Shown here piece by piece: positions 1 to 12,475 of a stretch of DNA of 64,000 bases. The stretch comes from Octopus vulgaris (Eukaryota). Every line of letters begins with the position of its first letter. The stretch's first letter is position 1. A program made the translations under genes and the position numbers. Location: assembly GCA_951406725.2 (NCBI GenBank), contig OX597821.1, forward strand, positions 92,070,001-92,134,000, in the 5' to 3' direction. The notes beneath the pieces were generated by a model. That model searched no databases, was not told the DNA's origin, and was given only the letters and a program-made list of their open reading frames with translations.

Positions 1-289
1 GGGTTTCATTTGATCCGATCAACGGAACAGCCTGCTTGTAAAATTAGTGTACAGATAGCTGAGCACTCCACCAGCATGTGTACCCTTAACATGGTTATCA
101 GGGAGATTCAGCATGATACAGAATGTGACAAGGATCACCCTACAGGCACTACTCATTTTTGCCGGCTGGTGAACTGGAGCAACATGAAATAAAGTGTTTT
201 GCTCAAGGACACGACGTGCTATTGGAAATCGAACTCACAACCTCATGATTGTGATCTGAATACTCCTAACTACTAGGCCATGTACCTTT
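1..289 (-). mobile_element. SINE-D (tRNA-derived head, CORE-like middle), truncated at window edge
   Basis: Minus strand has A-box TGGCCTAGTAG and B-box GAGTTCGATTTC, then TTGAGCAAAACACTTTATTTCATGTTGCTCCAG; the 3' part matches the copy at 18115-18498. Confidence 0.8.
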
Positions 290-430
290 GCTATATAATT
301 GAATATGCGACCATTTGGTTCTGGTTTTTCATTGCCTCTGGTAATTGATAGACTAAAATACTACAGTCAAGTACTGGAGTTGATTCAATCGACAAAACCT
401 CTACCCACTAAACTCAGACCTTGTGCATAT

Positions 431-858
431 TCTCTTTCTCTTTTTTCTTTTACTTGTTTCAGTCATTTGACAGCGGCCATGCTGGAGCACCGTGTTTATT
501 CGAGCAAATCGACTCCAGGACTTATTCTTTGGAAGTCTACTACTTATTCTATCGGTCTCTTTTGCCAAACTGCTAAGTTACAGGGACATAAACACACCAA
601 CATCTGTTGTCAAACAATGTTGGGAGGACAAACACAGACACACAAACATATACACACACATACATATATATAAATATATATATATACATATATACAATGG
701 GCTTCTTTCAGTTTCCGTCTACCAAATCCACTCACAAGGCTTTGGTCAACCCGATGCTATAGTAGAAGACACTTGCCCAAGGTACCATGCAGTGGGAATG
801 AACCTGGAACCACGTGGTTGGTAAGAAAGCTACTTACCACACAGCCATTCTTGCGCCT
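431..858 (-). mobile_element. SINE-A, full length
   Basis: tRNA-like head (TGGCTGTGTGG...GGTTC), internal TA/CA microsatellite, 3' tail GGTGCTCCAGCATGGCCG...TGACTGAAACAAGTAAAAG; about 20 homologous copies in the window. Confidence 0.9.
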
Positions 859-1018
859 GATGGAAAAAATTATCATATTCATTAAGATATAATGCCTTGC
901 AGTGCTTAGTTATGTCTTTTTCAATGCATGTTTATACTCTGCATGAATTGGTAGGCTCTTTCTTCTGGGGCTGTGGATGCTGCTACTGTTGTTGTTACTG
1001 TTGCAACTGCTGCTGTTG

Positions 1019-1377
1019 CTGTTGAGCAAACAGTCTTCGTCCCAGAGCTCACAAGATGGGAGAATTTCGAAACGTGGTCCTTTGCTATCCGTAAGACACA
1101 CAGAAGAGAAAGCAGCTCAACCCCCGGCACCGAGTGCATCGACGGATGGATTAATGCGTATTCAGGCTCAGCAGCTGTGTAGGAAGTCAGGGACAAGAAA
1201 CAGGAAGAAAGAGTGAGAGAAAGTTGGAGCGAAAGAGTACAACAGGGGTCGCCACTACCCCCTGCCAGAGCCTTGTGGAGCTTTAGGTGTTTTCGCTCAA
1301 TAAACACACACAATGTCCAGTCTGGGAATCGAAACTGCGAGTCCACTACCCTAACCATTGGGCCATTGCGTCTCCAC
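1019..1377 (-). mobile_element. SINE-D with (AAC)n-type tail and 17-bp TSD
   Basis: Head GTGGAGACGCAATGGCCCAATGGTTAGGG; TGCAACTGCTGCTGTTG duplicated at 1002-1018 and 1378-1394. Confidence 0.85.
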
Positions 1378-1554
1378 TGCAACTGCTGCTGTTGTTGTTG
1401 TTTCTGTTGCTCTTGTTTTTGTTGTTCTTCTTATATTTTTCATTCTTGCTCTTGTGTAGCTCCATACTTTGTTGAAGTAAAATTCATGATTCTTAATACA
1501 ATAGTGTTGAACAGATTTGCAATGTTAATATTCTAACAGAAAAATAAAGTTGTG

Positions 1555-1965
1555 AATGGGCAGAATTGTTAGCCTGCTGGGCAAAATATTTAGTTCAAAT
1601 TCTGCCGAGGCTGACTTGGCCTTTTATTCCTTCAGAGTTAATAAAATAAGTACCAGTTGAGTATTGGGGTCAATGTAATCGACTTAACCCCAGCCCCAAA
1701 ATTGCTGGCCTTGTGCTAAAATTTGACACCAATATTCTAACAATAAAATAAGGCAGTGAGTTGGCAGAACTGTTAACACACTGGGCAAAATGCTTAGTGG
1801 CATCTTGTCTGTCTTTACGTTCTGAGTTTAAATTCTGCTGAGGTTGACTTTGCCTTTCATTCTTTTGGGGACAATAAAACCTGTACCTTTTCAGTACTGG
1901 TGTTGATGCAATCAACTTAGCCCCTCCCCTGACATTGCTGGCCTTGTGCAGAAATTTGTAATAAA
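1555..1965 (+). mobile_element. Two tandem SINE-B copies
   Basis: TGGCAGAA...GAGTTCAAATTCTGCCGAGG...GCCTTTCATCCTT...AAGTACCAG...GGCCTTGTGC-type sequence twice (about 1555-1735 and 1751-1965). Confidence 0.8.
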
Positions 1966-2205
1966 AATTCTAACAGAAAAATATGTGCAATATTATCAGA
2001 CTTTGATAGTGACTTCATTGCTTTTAAAAACACTTTCCACCTTATGCAGCACGAGACACGGCAGCTTCTTTTAAAACTAATATAACAACAACAACCTGCT
2101 AGTAACAAAATTCTATGAAGTCATTTATGTGGACATATATAATGGATGGTAAAGTTTATGATATCGGGAAAATATCGCCTTCTTCCATTATCTCCTTTTG
2201 TTCTT

Positions 2206-2644
2206 TGTGTAGTTCAGGCTCCGGCAGGTGAAGAGAGAAGACTTCATGTACAAATGCAATTTACAACTGGTTTATTTACAAGTTTCACAGGATAAGGTGA
2301 AGTGTGCCGCCCTCGGCAACCATCTTTAGCTGTGTGAATTGTGTAGTAGCTCCGTTAGTGCGGGTACATTGCCTCTGGAGGTACAACATACAGGCAGGCC
2401 CAGCCAATGGAGTATAGAGTGCGCTCAGCAAGCATTGCTGCTAAGAGGTGGAAAGAAGAGGTGGCAAAAGAGAGAAAGAATCTCAATATGTTTTGCCCTT
2501 ATATACAGTTTGCCATCGTGAGTCTCGTTGTGATCTCGCACATGGCAAATGGATGCAGGTGAGGTCTCGTTCCAGTCTCAGAGATGGCAATGACTGCCGC
2601 GAGATCTCATCCAATACAGCACTGACTGCTTGTGCTGCTACACA
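2206..2644 (-). mobile_element. Probable solo LTR
   Basis: TGTGTAG...CTACACA inverted ends; on the minus strand a TATA-like GTATATAAG (2498-2506) precedes AATAAA (2271-2276); GC-richer than flanks; no clear TSD. Confidence 0.5.
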
Positions 2645-2703
2645 TACAAAACAAATCTGGTTTTGGTCAGGTGTGAACTTGGCAAGTGGTCTAAGATGGA
2701 AGC

Positions 2704-2940
2704 TGGTGTCAGATAAAGATGTTTTCCTTTCACCAATTTTATTTCATTGTGTTTCTAAAGTGCATGATGATGGAAGACCTAGAGTCTTTTGAAGGAAATG
2801 TTAGAGAATTAGGCAGGTATGTCACTAATCTTGATTTTGCTTATGATATTGAGCTTATGATAACAGAATGAGAAAGAACTTAGAGGTTTAACAATACTTC
2901 TTGAGACAACTGCATAAAGATGGTGAATAGAAATAATTGT
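2704..2940 (+). pseudogene. Degenerate non-LTR (RTE-like) reverse transcriptase fragment
   Basis: Broken frames read GVR*RC..LSPILF...GRYVTNLDFAYDIEL, matching the RT motifs GVRQGCxLSPxLF and NLRFADD. Confidence 0.6.
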
Positions 2941-3263
2941 GGATAAAAAGTAAAATTATAATAATAAAGAAAACAGACAATCTAATTGGATTGGCTGGGG
3001 AGACACTAAAAAAGATGATGAAATTATACATATTGGGAAGAACATTAACAGAAGATATGCAATTAAGAAGATATGCAATTAAAAGAAGTAAAATGCTGGA
3101 TTGCACCAGCTATAGTAGTTTAAGAAAAGCTAAGCACTATTTAAGAGAAAAAATTACTATAACAAAAGTTCTACCAAGTCTGCCAGTAATAATAGTCATT
3201 GTTGAGGCTGTGATGCTGGTACAGTTGTGAAGGTGTAGAAAAAAGAAAAGCCTCAAATCAATT

Positions 3264-3470
3264 TTATCTTCCTGATATGAATAGACTATTGAAAAGGTTG
3301 CAAGACGCAATGAAAATTTTAGGAAAATAAAAACAATAAGAAATAAGTGGAAATGAGTGTGTTACATTATAAGGTGCAAAAAGAAAATGACTCTCCCCAG
3401 ACACAACAGAATATGCTTCAATACACGAACTCATATAAGGAATCTTGCAAACCAAATCCAAAAATGAAAT
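3264..3470 (+). repeat. Penelope-like terminal repeat fragment with U3-A8 hammerhead-like motif (3286-3322)
   Basis: Homologous in opposite orientation to 48945-49140; CUA-UUGAAAA-G-GUUGC/GCAAU-GAA-AAUU-U-UAG. Confidence 0.55.
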
Positions 3471-3568
3471 AGACGAAGTATTAAGGGCAAATACTATCCT
3501 GCAATATATATGTGTGGACAACAATTTGAAGACTCTATTATATTTCAGATTACTTAGTCAGAGGTGTG

Positions 3569-3728
3569 AAGGTGCATGGTTTAGCAGGTAGGCTATTGGA
3601 TTTACAATCATATGACTATGAGTTCGATTCCCAGCAGCACAATGTCCTGGGGTCAATTTGTTTGACTAAAGGCAGTGCTGCAGCATGGCCACAGTCAAAT
3701 AACTAAAACAAATAAAAGAATAAGAGAA
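3569..3728 (+). mobile_element. Chimeric SINE: D-type tRNA head joined to SINE-A 3' tail
   Basis: GAAGGTGCATGGTTTAG...GAGTTCGATTCCC followed almost directly by GTCCTGGGGTCAATTTG...CAGCATGGCCACAGTCAAAT. Confidence 0.6.
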
Positions 3729-3972
3729 TATATATATATATATACACACACACACATGCACACACACATATATATATACAGACATACATATACATATAAA
3801 TATATATATATATACATACACAAACATATATACAAACATACATATATATATATATGTATGTTCGTATATATGTTTGTGTATGTATATATATATATATATA
3901 TATATTTATATGTATATGTATGTCTGTATATGTGTGTGTGTGTGCATCTGTGTGTATATATCAATATCAATA

Positions 3973-4009
<37 letters not shown>

Positions 4010-4345
4010 CATATAAGCATACATAAATGTGTGTGTGTAGAAAACAGTCAGAGAAAATCAGGCTCAGTTGTGAGTTCTACATTCCACTCCAGCATTCAGT
4101 GTATGATATAGGAGGGTGGGGTGGGGGTGGGGGTCCTTCAACTTCAGGATAGGCTAATGTGCAGAATATGAGCCAAAAAATGGAAATAATTATAATATAC
4201 CCAAAACAGTTATGGTAGCCAATGCTTTATAGACCATGAAAAGCATTGAGTATAACAATAAATGTTCAAATCTTGGCACAGGGCCAGCAGTTTTTGAGGG
4301 GAGGGGGAAGTCACTTGCATCAACCCCAGTACTTGACTGTATATA

Positions 4346-4650
4346 TGAAGGTGCGTGGCTTAGTGGTCGGAGTGTTGCATTTACAATTGCGAGATTGTGG
4401 TTTCAATTCCCAGGCTGGGTGTTGCATTGTGTTCTTGAGCAAAGCACTTCATTTCACATTGCTCTGTGATCCTTTTGTCAACTGACATGTGGCACATGGT
4501 GCACATGTACAGGTAGTTTTGATTTGATGGAGGGAGTGAGCTTATGTCAACACAAACAATTGGTCACTATAAACAAATAACCTGTGTGTTTGTTTGGCAA
4601 GAAATTGCCAAACCCCTCATACATTGTCTGATGACAGAACAGTCTATGAT
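4346..4650 (+). mobile_element. SINE-D variant (CORE-like middle, distinct tail)
   Basis: TGGCTTAGTGG A-box, GGTTTCAATTCC B-box, TTCTTGAGCAAAGCACTTCATTTCAC middle. Confidence 0.7.
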
Positions 4651-4680
4651 ACATATATATGAATATCATATATATATATA

Positions 4681-5052
4681 CTCTCTTTTACTCTTTTACT
4701 TGTTTCAGTCATTTGACTGCGGCCATGCTGGAGCACCGCCTTTTAGTCGAGCAAATCGACCCCGGGACTTATTCTTTGTAAGCCTAGTACTCATTCTATT
4801 GGTCTCTTTTGACGAACCGCTAAGTGACGGGGACGTAAACACACCAGCATCGGTTGTCAAGCAATGCTAGGGGGACAAACACAGACACACAAACACATAC
4901 ACATACACATATATATATACATATATACGACAGGCTTCTTTTAGTTTCCATCTACCAAATCCACTCACACGGCATTGGTCGGCCCGGGGCTATAGCAGAA
5001 GACACTTGCCCAAGATTCCATGCAGTGGGACTGAACCCAGAACCATGCGCCT
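4681..5052 (-). mobile_element. SINE-A, head partly deleted
   Basis: Homology to other SINE-A copies. Confidence 0.85.
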
Positions 5053-5117
5053 ATGAATATATATATATATATACACACACACATATATATATATATACAC
5101 ACATACATATATATATA

Positions 5118-5669
5118 CGAGCAAAATGCCCCATGCCCAATGGGCAGTGCTGAATCATATCTGCTGAATAAAAAGCAATCAGTGTTTTCTTTTCATTAAA
5201 AAATAATTAAGCATGCCTTTATTTCAATAAAATTTTTGGTTTTGTTAAACGAAGTTAAGGCAAAAAAAAGAAACTTCTTGAGAAACCAAATAGTCTTTCC
5301 TTCCTTCATGCCAAGTTTGAAGAAAATATCTCTTTTGCACCTTACTTTTTTGGCCTCTTAAATATACTGCATTCTGTGACATTATTTCAAGCTCGCCGGC
5401 TTTTTTTGCGCAAAGTGCACATGCATTTTTCTCGCATATGCATTGTATCGATTGCAACAGCTGATGTACTTGCACGTACAAATGCACATTCCCACAGCTT
5501 TATCGATCGCTTTCTCATCTGGAATCGATTTTTGTAATCTTTTCAAGACTTATACGCAACCTGATACCGTTGGTATCTACATATCAATTTTGAGCGCAAT
5601 CAGATGGAGGATGCTCGAGATTCTAGAAGACACACACACAGACAGACAGAATGGATTTTATATAATAGA
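5118..5669 (-). mobile_element. Non-autonomous Helitron
   Basis: Minus strand starts A|TCTATTATATAAA and ends with hairpin TGCCC...GGGCA then CTCG|T (CTAG variant). Confidence 0.55.
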
Positions 5670-5866
5670 TCATCATCATCATCATCATCATCGTTTAACG
5701 TCTGTTTTCCGTGCTAGCACGGGTTGGACGGTTAAACCGGGATCTGGGAAGCCAGGGGCTGCACCAGGCTCCAGTCTGATCTGGCAGTGTTTCTACAGCT
5801 GGATGCCCTTCCTAACGCCAACCACTCCGCGAGTGTAGTGGGTGCTTTTTATGTGCCACCTGCACA
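5670..5866 (-). mobile_element. Element C, 3' part with (GAT)n tail
   Basis: (CAT)n-CGTTTAACGTC...GGATGCCCTTCCTAACGCCAACCACTCC, as in more than 12 other copies. Confidence 0.85.
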
Positions 5867-6630
5867 GAATATATATATATATATAAATATGTGGGCATAT
5901 AAGTATGTATGTATATCTATCTATCTATATCATTTTATCATCTTTGAAAGGATGAAGAGTGAAGTTGACCTCACCAGAATTTGAACTCAGAATAAAAAGA
6001 TGGATGAAATGCTGCTAACCGTTTTGCTTGGCATGCTAACAGTTCTGCCATCTTGCTGCCATACACAACACTCAAGTTATCTACAAATGGTGAATGACAC
6101 TATGAAATATGTTTCAACTAGAATTTGTGAATTTATTTTTACCTCTTAGTAAGGCAGAGTAAGCTTTTAGTCCTAACAATATCTCGTATAACATTACAGC
6201 CATCATTCATTTGGTGAAAAGAGACACGAAATGTATGCATAAAATATGAATTAATAGCTATGAATTTTAATGTAAATGTATTTAGTACTACAGATAAAAA
6301 AACATTCACAGCTTAATTTGAAAAAAAATTACTACAAAAAATATGTTTATACGAAGTCTTTGTGGTGAAATAGCAGCACATATCCCTACTAAAAATGAGA
6401 TATATAATTCAATTTCCGTAAACAAGTTCATTGTGTTTTTAAGCCTTTGAATTGCTGTTTACAAATGTATGCTGTTTAATATTCATTATATCAAGTCTTC
6501 TTGCTTTGCTTTATTATGTATAAGCATACATATATATATGTGTGTATATAAATAAATGCATGCACTTAGAAAAAAGAATCCAGGGAGACTGGTGGAGGTA
6601 TGTATCAACAAAAATTGTATTTATCGATAT

Positions 6631-6727
6631 AAAAGTAAAATTACTTTAGGGGATATGCCATCATGAGGGGAAGTTGTCGGAAACATCCCCCTCACAACGG
6701 CAGACCAACTAAAGTAATTTTACTTTG
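6631..6727. repeat. Imperfect inverted repeat
   Basis: AAAGTAAAATTACTTTAG...TGAGGGG pairs with CCCCTCA...CTAAAGTAATTTTACTTT. Confidence 0.7.
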
Positions 6728-7382
6728 ATACTAATGTATATACACATATATACAACATTACTTAAGTAAATGTTGGCCAGAGGTGGCCTATACAATGTTT
6801 AATTCAATAGCACCAGAATACTTATATACTATACATTATAGTACATAGCGCCATGCACACATGGTTACTATACATACATACATACATGTGTGTGTGTCAA
6901 TGTATATATGTATGTTTGTATGCATGCATGTATGTATGTATATCTATCTATTTATCTATCTATCAATGTGTGTGTGTATGTGTGTATGTGTGTGTGTGTG
7001 TTTGTGTGTGTATGTGATTAGACGTGGCTGTGTGATAACAAATTTGCTTCTCAACCAAATGAATCCAAGTTCGGTCCTACTGTATGACACTTAGGCCAAG
7101 CGTCTTCTGTTATAGCCCCAGGCTAGGCCAAAGCCTGGTGGGTAGCTTTAGAAAACAGAAACTGGTAATATATATTATATTAAAATGGACCAATGTTCCT
7201 TGTCAAGCCAGTCAGTTTCGGGATTATTCATTTTTGCTCAGGGTCGAATGGAGCTGCATGAAATAACATACATCATCTCACCCAGTCACATGCCTACACA
7301 CACACACACACATAAATGTTTGTTTATATATCTATGTATGTCCTCGTGTTTTTGTTTGTTCCCCACCACTGCTTCACAACTA

Positions 7383-7794
7383 CTCTTTTACTCTTTTACT
7401 CTTTTACTCTTTTACTTGTTTCAGTCATTTGACTGCGGCCATGCTGGAGCACCGCCTTTAGTCGATCAAATCGACCCCGGAACTTATTCTTTGTAAACCC
7501 AGTACTTATTCTATTGGTCTCTTTTGCCGAACTGCTAAGTGACGGGGACGTAAACACACCAGCATCAGTTGTCAAGCAATGCTAGGGGAACAAACACAGA
7601 CACACACACATATATATATATACATATATACGACAGGCTTCTTTCAGTTTCCGTCTACCAAATCCACTCGCAAGGCATTGGTCAGCCCGGGGCTATAGCA
7701 GAAGACACTTGCCCAAGATGCCATGCAGTGGGACTGAACCCGCAACCATGTGGTTGGTTAGCAAGCTACTTACCACACAGCCACTCCTGCGCCT
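7383..7794 (-). mobile_element. SINE-A, full length, young
   Basis: Close match to 8293-8707; (CTCTTTTA)n tail. Confidence 0.92.
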
Positions 7795-8255
7795 GTTGAT
7801 TTTTATTTACCACCCCCATAACTTAGTGGTTCAGCAAGACTGATTGATAAAATAAGTACCAATATTTAACAAAAGGAAAAGTACTGGGGTTGATTTGCTC
7901 ACCTAAGCACTTCAAGGTGACACTCTGCATAACCACAGTCTATTGGCTGAAAATAAGATAAAAGTTATAAGATATATATGAGATGTTCATTAACAGTAGA
8001 TCTTGATGTTGCTCCAGTTCACTCAACTGTAGAAATGAGTTGCAATGTCACTGGTACCAAGTCATATTGGCATTTGCCCTTCTCTTGGCTGACAATGGTG
8101 GGGTGGAGAGAGGAGACTGGCATGCATGGGTAACTGTTGGTTTTTCTATAAACAACCTTGCCTGGACTTGTGGTTTGGAAGGGAACTCTCTAGATGAAAT
8201 CCCATGGTCATTCATGACCAAAAGGGTTCTTTGGTTCTTTACCCTTTACACTGAT

Positions 8256-8286
<31 letters not shown>

Positions 8287-8292
8287 TATATT

Positions 8293-8707
8293 GGTGCGGG
8301 AGTGGCTGTGAGGTAAGTAGCTTGCTTACCAACCACATGGTTCCGGGTTCAGTCCCACTGCGTGGCATCTTGGGCAAATGTCTTCTGCTATAGCCCCAGG
8401 CCGACCAATGCCTTGTGAGTGGATTTGGTAGACAGAAACTGAAAGAAGCCCATCGTATATATGTATATATATATATGTATGTGTGTGTGTGTGTGTGTTT
8501 GTGTGTCTGTGTTTGTCTCCCTAGCATCGCTTGACAACCAATTCTGGTGCGTTTACGTCCCCGTCACTTAGCGGTTCGGCAAAAGAGACCGATAGAATAA
8601 GTACTGGGCTTACAAAGAATAAGTCCCGGGGTCGATTTGCTCGACTTAAAGGCGGTGCTCCAGCATGGCCGCAGTCAAATGACTGAAACAAGTAAAAGAG
8701 TAAAAGA
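8293..8707 (+). mobile_element. SINE-A, full length, young
   Basis: Head GGAGTGGCTGTG...GGTTCAGTCCC, internal microsatellite, tail hairpin CAGTCA-AA-TGACTG, GTAAAAGA repeats. Confidence 0.92.
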
Positions 8708-9122
8708 ATATATATATATATATATATATATATGCATATATTATTTTATACTTTAATGTCTCCTGGAGGCTAGAATCCTTTTCATAAATGCCCAGAAGTT
8801 TAAGATCCCACAGAGCTCTGCCATTACAATTGTATGAAGAACAACTTTACCAAAACCTAGCACTCTATTATTAACAGTCTTTATCCTTGTTGCAAAAACC
8901 TATATCCTGTACAGTGTAGAGGTTTTGATAAACCAAATCTGCAGCAACATTCTGCAAGATGTTTAAATCATCACCACTAATAAAACCCAAATACTGGAAA
9001 ATTCAGTTCTCAACCATCACGTGCCTCAAGCTTTTACTAAACTGCAGTGAACCATGGTTTGGCCCATTAAACTTCTCTTTGTAATTCAAATTTCCAGCAA
9101 TTTTATTGTTAATGAATACATT

Positions 9123-9172
9123 ATACATATAAGTATATGAGTATGCTTGTGTATGCACGTATATGTATGTGT

Positions 9173-9265
<93 letters not shown>

Positions 9266-9267
9266 TT

Positions 9268-9305
<38 letters not shown>

Positions 9306-9715
9306 ATAAACATACATGCACACACATATATGTACATGTACATGTATATATATACATATATATACATGTATGAATATGTATATATATATAAGTATGTATA
9401 TAATTTATATATATATGTGTGTGTATATATATATATTTTATATATAAATGTGTGTATGTATATATTTGGATGTATGTCTATGTATATCATAATGTGCATA
9501 TATACATATATGAAAATATATATATATATGTATATATGTGTGTGCATATATGTATGTGTGTACATATGTACATATATATATATATGATTGTGTGTATATG
9601 TACATATATGTATGTGCATGTGTCCACAGATATGTAAGTAGAAACAGAAGGAAGAAGAAACAGTGAGAGAGGGAAAGATGAATTGTGTATGTATATATAT
9701 ATATATATATATATA
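9123..9715. repeat. Complex (TA)n/(TG)n microsatellite
   Basis: Direct inspection. Confidence 0.95.
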
Positions 9716-9722
9716 GCAAAAA

Positions 9723-9761
9723 CTGTCTGATGAAAGGGCAACGAGAAACTCAGAGTAACAG
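9723..9761 (+). ncRNA. Minimal type-I hammerhead ribozyme motif (stem II decayed)
   Basis: CUGU-CUGAUGA-...-GAA-ACUC-A-GAGU-A-ACAG; same family as 32103-32278. Confidence 0.6.
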
Positions 9762-10081
9762 ATTTTGTTGAATTTTCTGCTGCTTTAAATAAAGTATATA
9801 TATATATATATATATATATAAGATGTTTGAAAACGCCACTATACAAGAAAAATTTTTATTTTCTTAAAGATTTTACATGTTTCGGTTCTTCTTGAAAAAA
9901 AAACGAACCTTATGAAAAATATATACTTTTAAAAGTTAAGCGTAATAAAAGAAACGTTCATAATTATTTCTTACTAGTCTCAACAGAGTCCACATGGTGG
10001 TGTTTTGTGTGTGGGGCATAATGGCTGTCCTGTGCATTGACTAGAACCATTGGCTAATGATTCTATTCAACGCACAAGAAA

Positions 10082-10116
<35 letters not shown>

Positions 10117-10118
<2 letters not shown>

Positions 10119-11058
10119 GTAATTTTAGAGACAGAACCACTCTCAACTCAATCAACATTGAAAGATATTATACCCAACCAAGCCATAAAATATTAAATAT
10201 AATACTTACTATATCAATTCAGAATCCCATACTTTCCCTTTTAAAGACAACACGTGTTTCATGTTAGTATATCGGTATTTTTGAGATACAAGGTCTCTAG
10301 TTTCAATACTCAATTAAATCGACATACTCCCAATCTTCAGGTCTGGATTCTACACATTTATTACTCTATCTACATTCTATATAACTCTATGATGATTGAA
10401 ATTATTTGACTAAAAATCGTTAACATAATACGAATAAGAAATTGTTAACAAAATACGAATAAGAAATGCGAATAATATTAATTAGAATTACCTCTTATAC
10501 AGTGGAATTATCATGTGTGGAATGTACGTTATTTGCAAGATGTAACCATATTTAATTTTCGCAGGGAGGGAACCACAAATAGATAAGTTAATATTCGTTT
10601 TGCTCATTATTTTTTATTTTTATTCCTTTTTTTTATTCATGTTTTTTATCCTCTTTTATTCCTTAAATTTTTATTTCTTAAATTTTAAGGTTCATTCATT
10701 ACTTTTATTTTTATTTTTATTTATTAATTTGTAAAGTAAAATTATGTTAACGATTTTTAGTCAAATAATTTAAATCATCATAGAGTTATAGAGAATGTAG
10801 ATAGAGTAATAAATGTGTAGAATCCAGACCTGAAGATTGGGAGTACGTCGATCTAATTGAGTATTAAAACTAGAAACCTTATATCTCAAAAATACCGACA
10901 TACTGTCATGAAACACGTTTTGTCTTTAAAAGAAAAGTATGGGATTCTGAATAGATATAGTAAGTATCCTCCTATTTAATATTTTATGGCTTGGTTGGGT
11001 ATAATATCTTTCAATGAGGATTGAGTTGAGGGTGATTCTGTCTCTAAAACTACTTTTA
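10117..11058. mobile_element. Long inverted repeat (~310-bp arms), Penelope-like, hammerhead motif in each arm
   Basis: 10117-10429 is the reverse complement of 10741-11058; HHR at 10245-10344 (-) and 10826-10925 (+); TA-rich flanks. Confidence 0.75.
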
Positions 11059-11191
11059 TATATATGAATAAAATATTGAGAGAAGTTCATTTTAGTACCT
11101 ATAATTTGAACGTCTCATTCCTGTGTACTCGGAATTAATCTTCCCTAATAACTATAATATATATATTTTTTTTTTTCTTATATATTTATAT

Positions 11192-11231
<40 letters not shown>

Positions 11232-11445
11232 CCATTATCACCTAACGTCTATTTCCCATGCAGGCATGGGCTGGATGGTTTGACAGGAACTGTCCAGGTT
11301 TTCGCATGGTTACTACAGCTGGATGCCTTTCAAACAACAACCTCTTTACAGAGTGTACTGGGTGCTTTTACATAGGACTGGCATGCCTGCATTCAAGCAG
11401 CACTGGTACAAGTGCTTATTACATGACACAGCACACTTATATTGA

Positions 11446-11467
11446 CAGACAGACAGACAGACAGATC

Positions 11468-11508
<41 letters not shown>

Positions 11509-11517
11509 GTAGATAGG

Positions 11518-11602
<85 letters not shown>
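11446..11602. repeat. (GACA)n(GATA)n microsatellite
   Basis: Direct inspection. Confidence 0.95.
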
Positions 11603-11642
11603 TGATAAACAGATACATAGACATCTCATACATATCAATATA

Positions 11643-12473
11643 TGCAATGTGTTCAAGCTAAATTTGACAGTTTTCATAAAAGAGAAAGTAGAAGTAAAAC
11701 ATTATCCCATTCAAAAATAAAATATTTAAAAAAATCAAAAAATATCAACTAAATTATGACTGGGAGATTAAGTAACAACCTTCCATTTCCATCATGGTCT
11801 CAAGACAGCTCTAGGAGCTGGCACATGTGTTCCTTACTATGTGTCTTGGAAGATCTTTGGACTCTTGGTTACTAGCTCATCCCTAGGGTTGCAAGCAATC
11901 TGGTTGGTGTCTTTCTCAACTGCACCCAACACATAGTAAACTTTGTGATTACAACTGGAGGAATTAGGAGGTCAGAACTTGGAGCTGGTTGAAGTTGTAG
12001 AAATTCTTCAATAAGCTCTTCGGACACATTCCAGAGGTATGGCAAACCTTTCTAGCAAGGGATTGACCACAGTCTCCACCATGTTCACATAGTCACCTGA
12101 ATTGAGCCTAAGACTCTATTCAAAGACATGGAGTGGCATGATGTCCACCTTATTGGAGACACACACAAAGATCATCACAGTATGGAGTAACTTGGTTTTC
12201 ATGATGTCCACGTCACATCTTACAGCCTTTACAGTGTTCACAGACCACTTTGCAGCAGTCATGATTGATATTCTGATACATGGCACAAATCATCAAGATG
12301 CATGTAATTCTTTTCCCTTATTCAGGTGGTTTCCAGTTGTCCATATCAGCCAACTTTCTCTTTACAGCCTTAACTTTTATGCTTTCCAATGCTGTTTTAC
12401 AGTTCACCAGTACATCAAGTTGTTCCTGAAATCAGAAAACATAAAAATTGTCAAATTTAGCCTGGACATCCTA
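11643..12473 (-). mobile_element. Decayed maT/DD37D-like Tc1/mariner element
   Basis: Degenerate TIRs containing GCTAAATTTGACA; minus strand reads F*PPNSSSCNHKVYYVLGAVEKDTN (WPPNSPDxNPxDY-like) and TVMIF..VSN..DIMP. Confidence 0.65.
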
Positions 12474-12475
12474 TA

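Noticed and set aside
492-824. Recurrent ORFs ending [16 protein letters not shown]
   Set aside because: Antisense readings of SINE-A copies, not a gene family
9003-9846. Many YI/IY-rich ORFs (also near 14.2-14.9, 16.6-17.2, 47.0-47.5 and 56.2-56.7 kb)
   Set aside because: Translations of microsatellites, open on several frames and both strands
9868-9920. Possible further hammerhead on the minus strand (GGUUC/GAACC-GAA-ACAUGU-A)
   Set aside because: The CUGANGA box is too degenerate and stem I is only A/T
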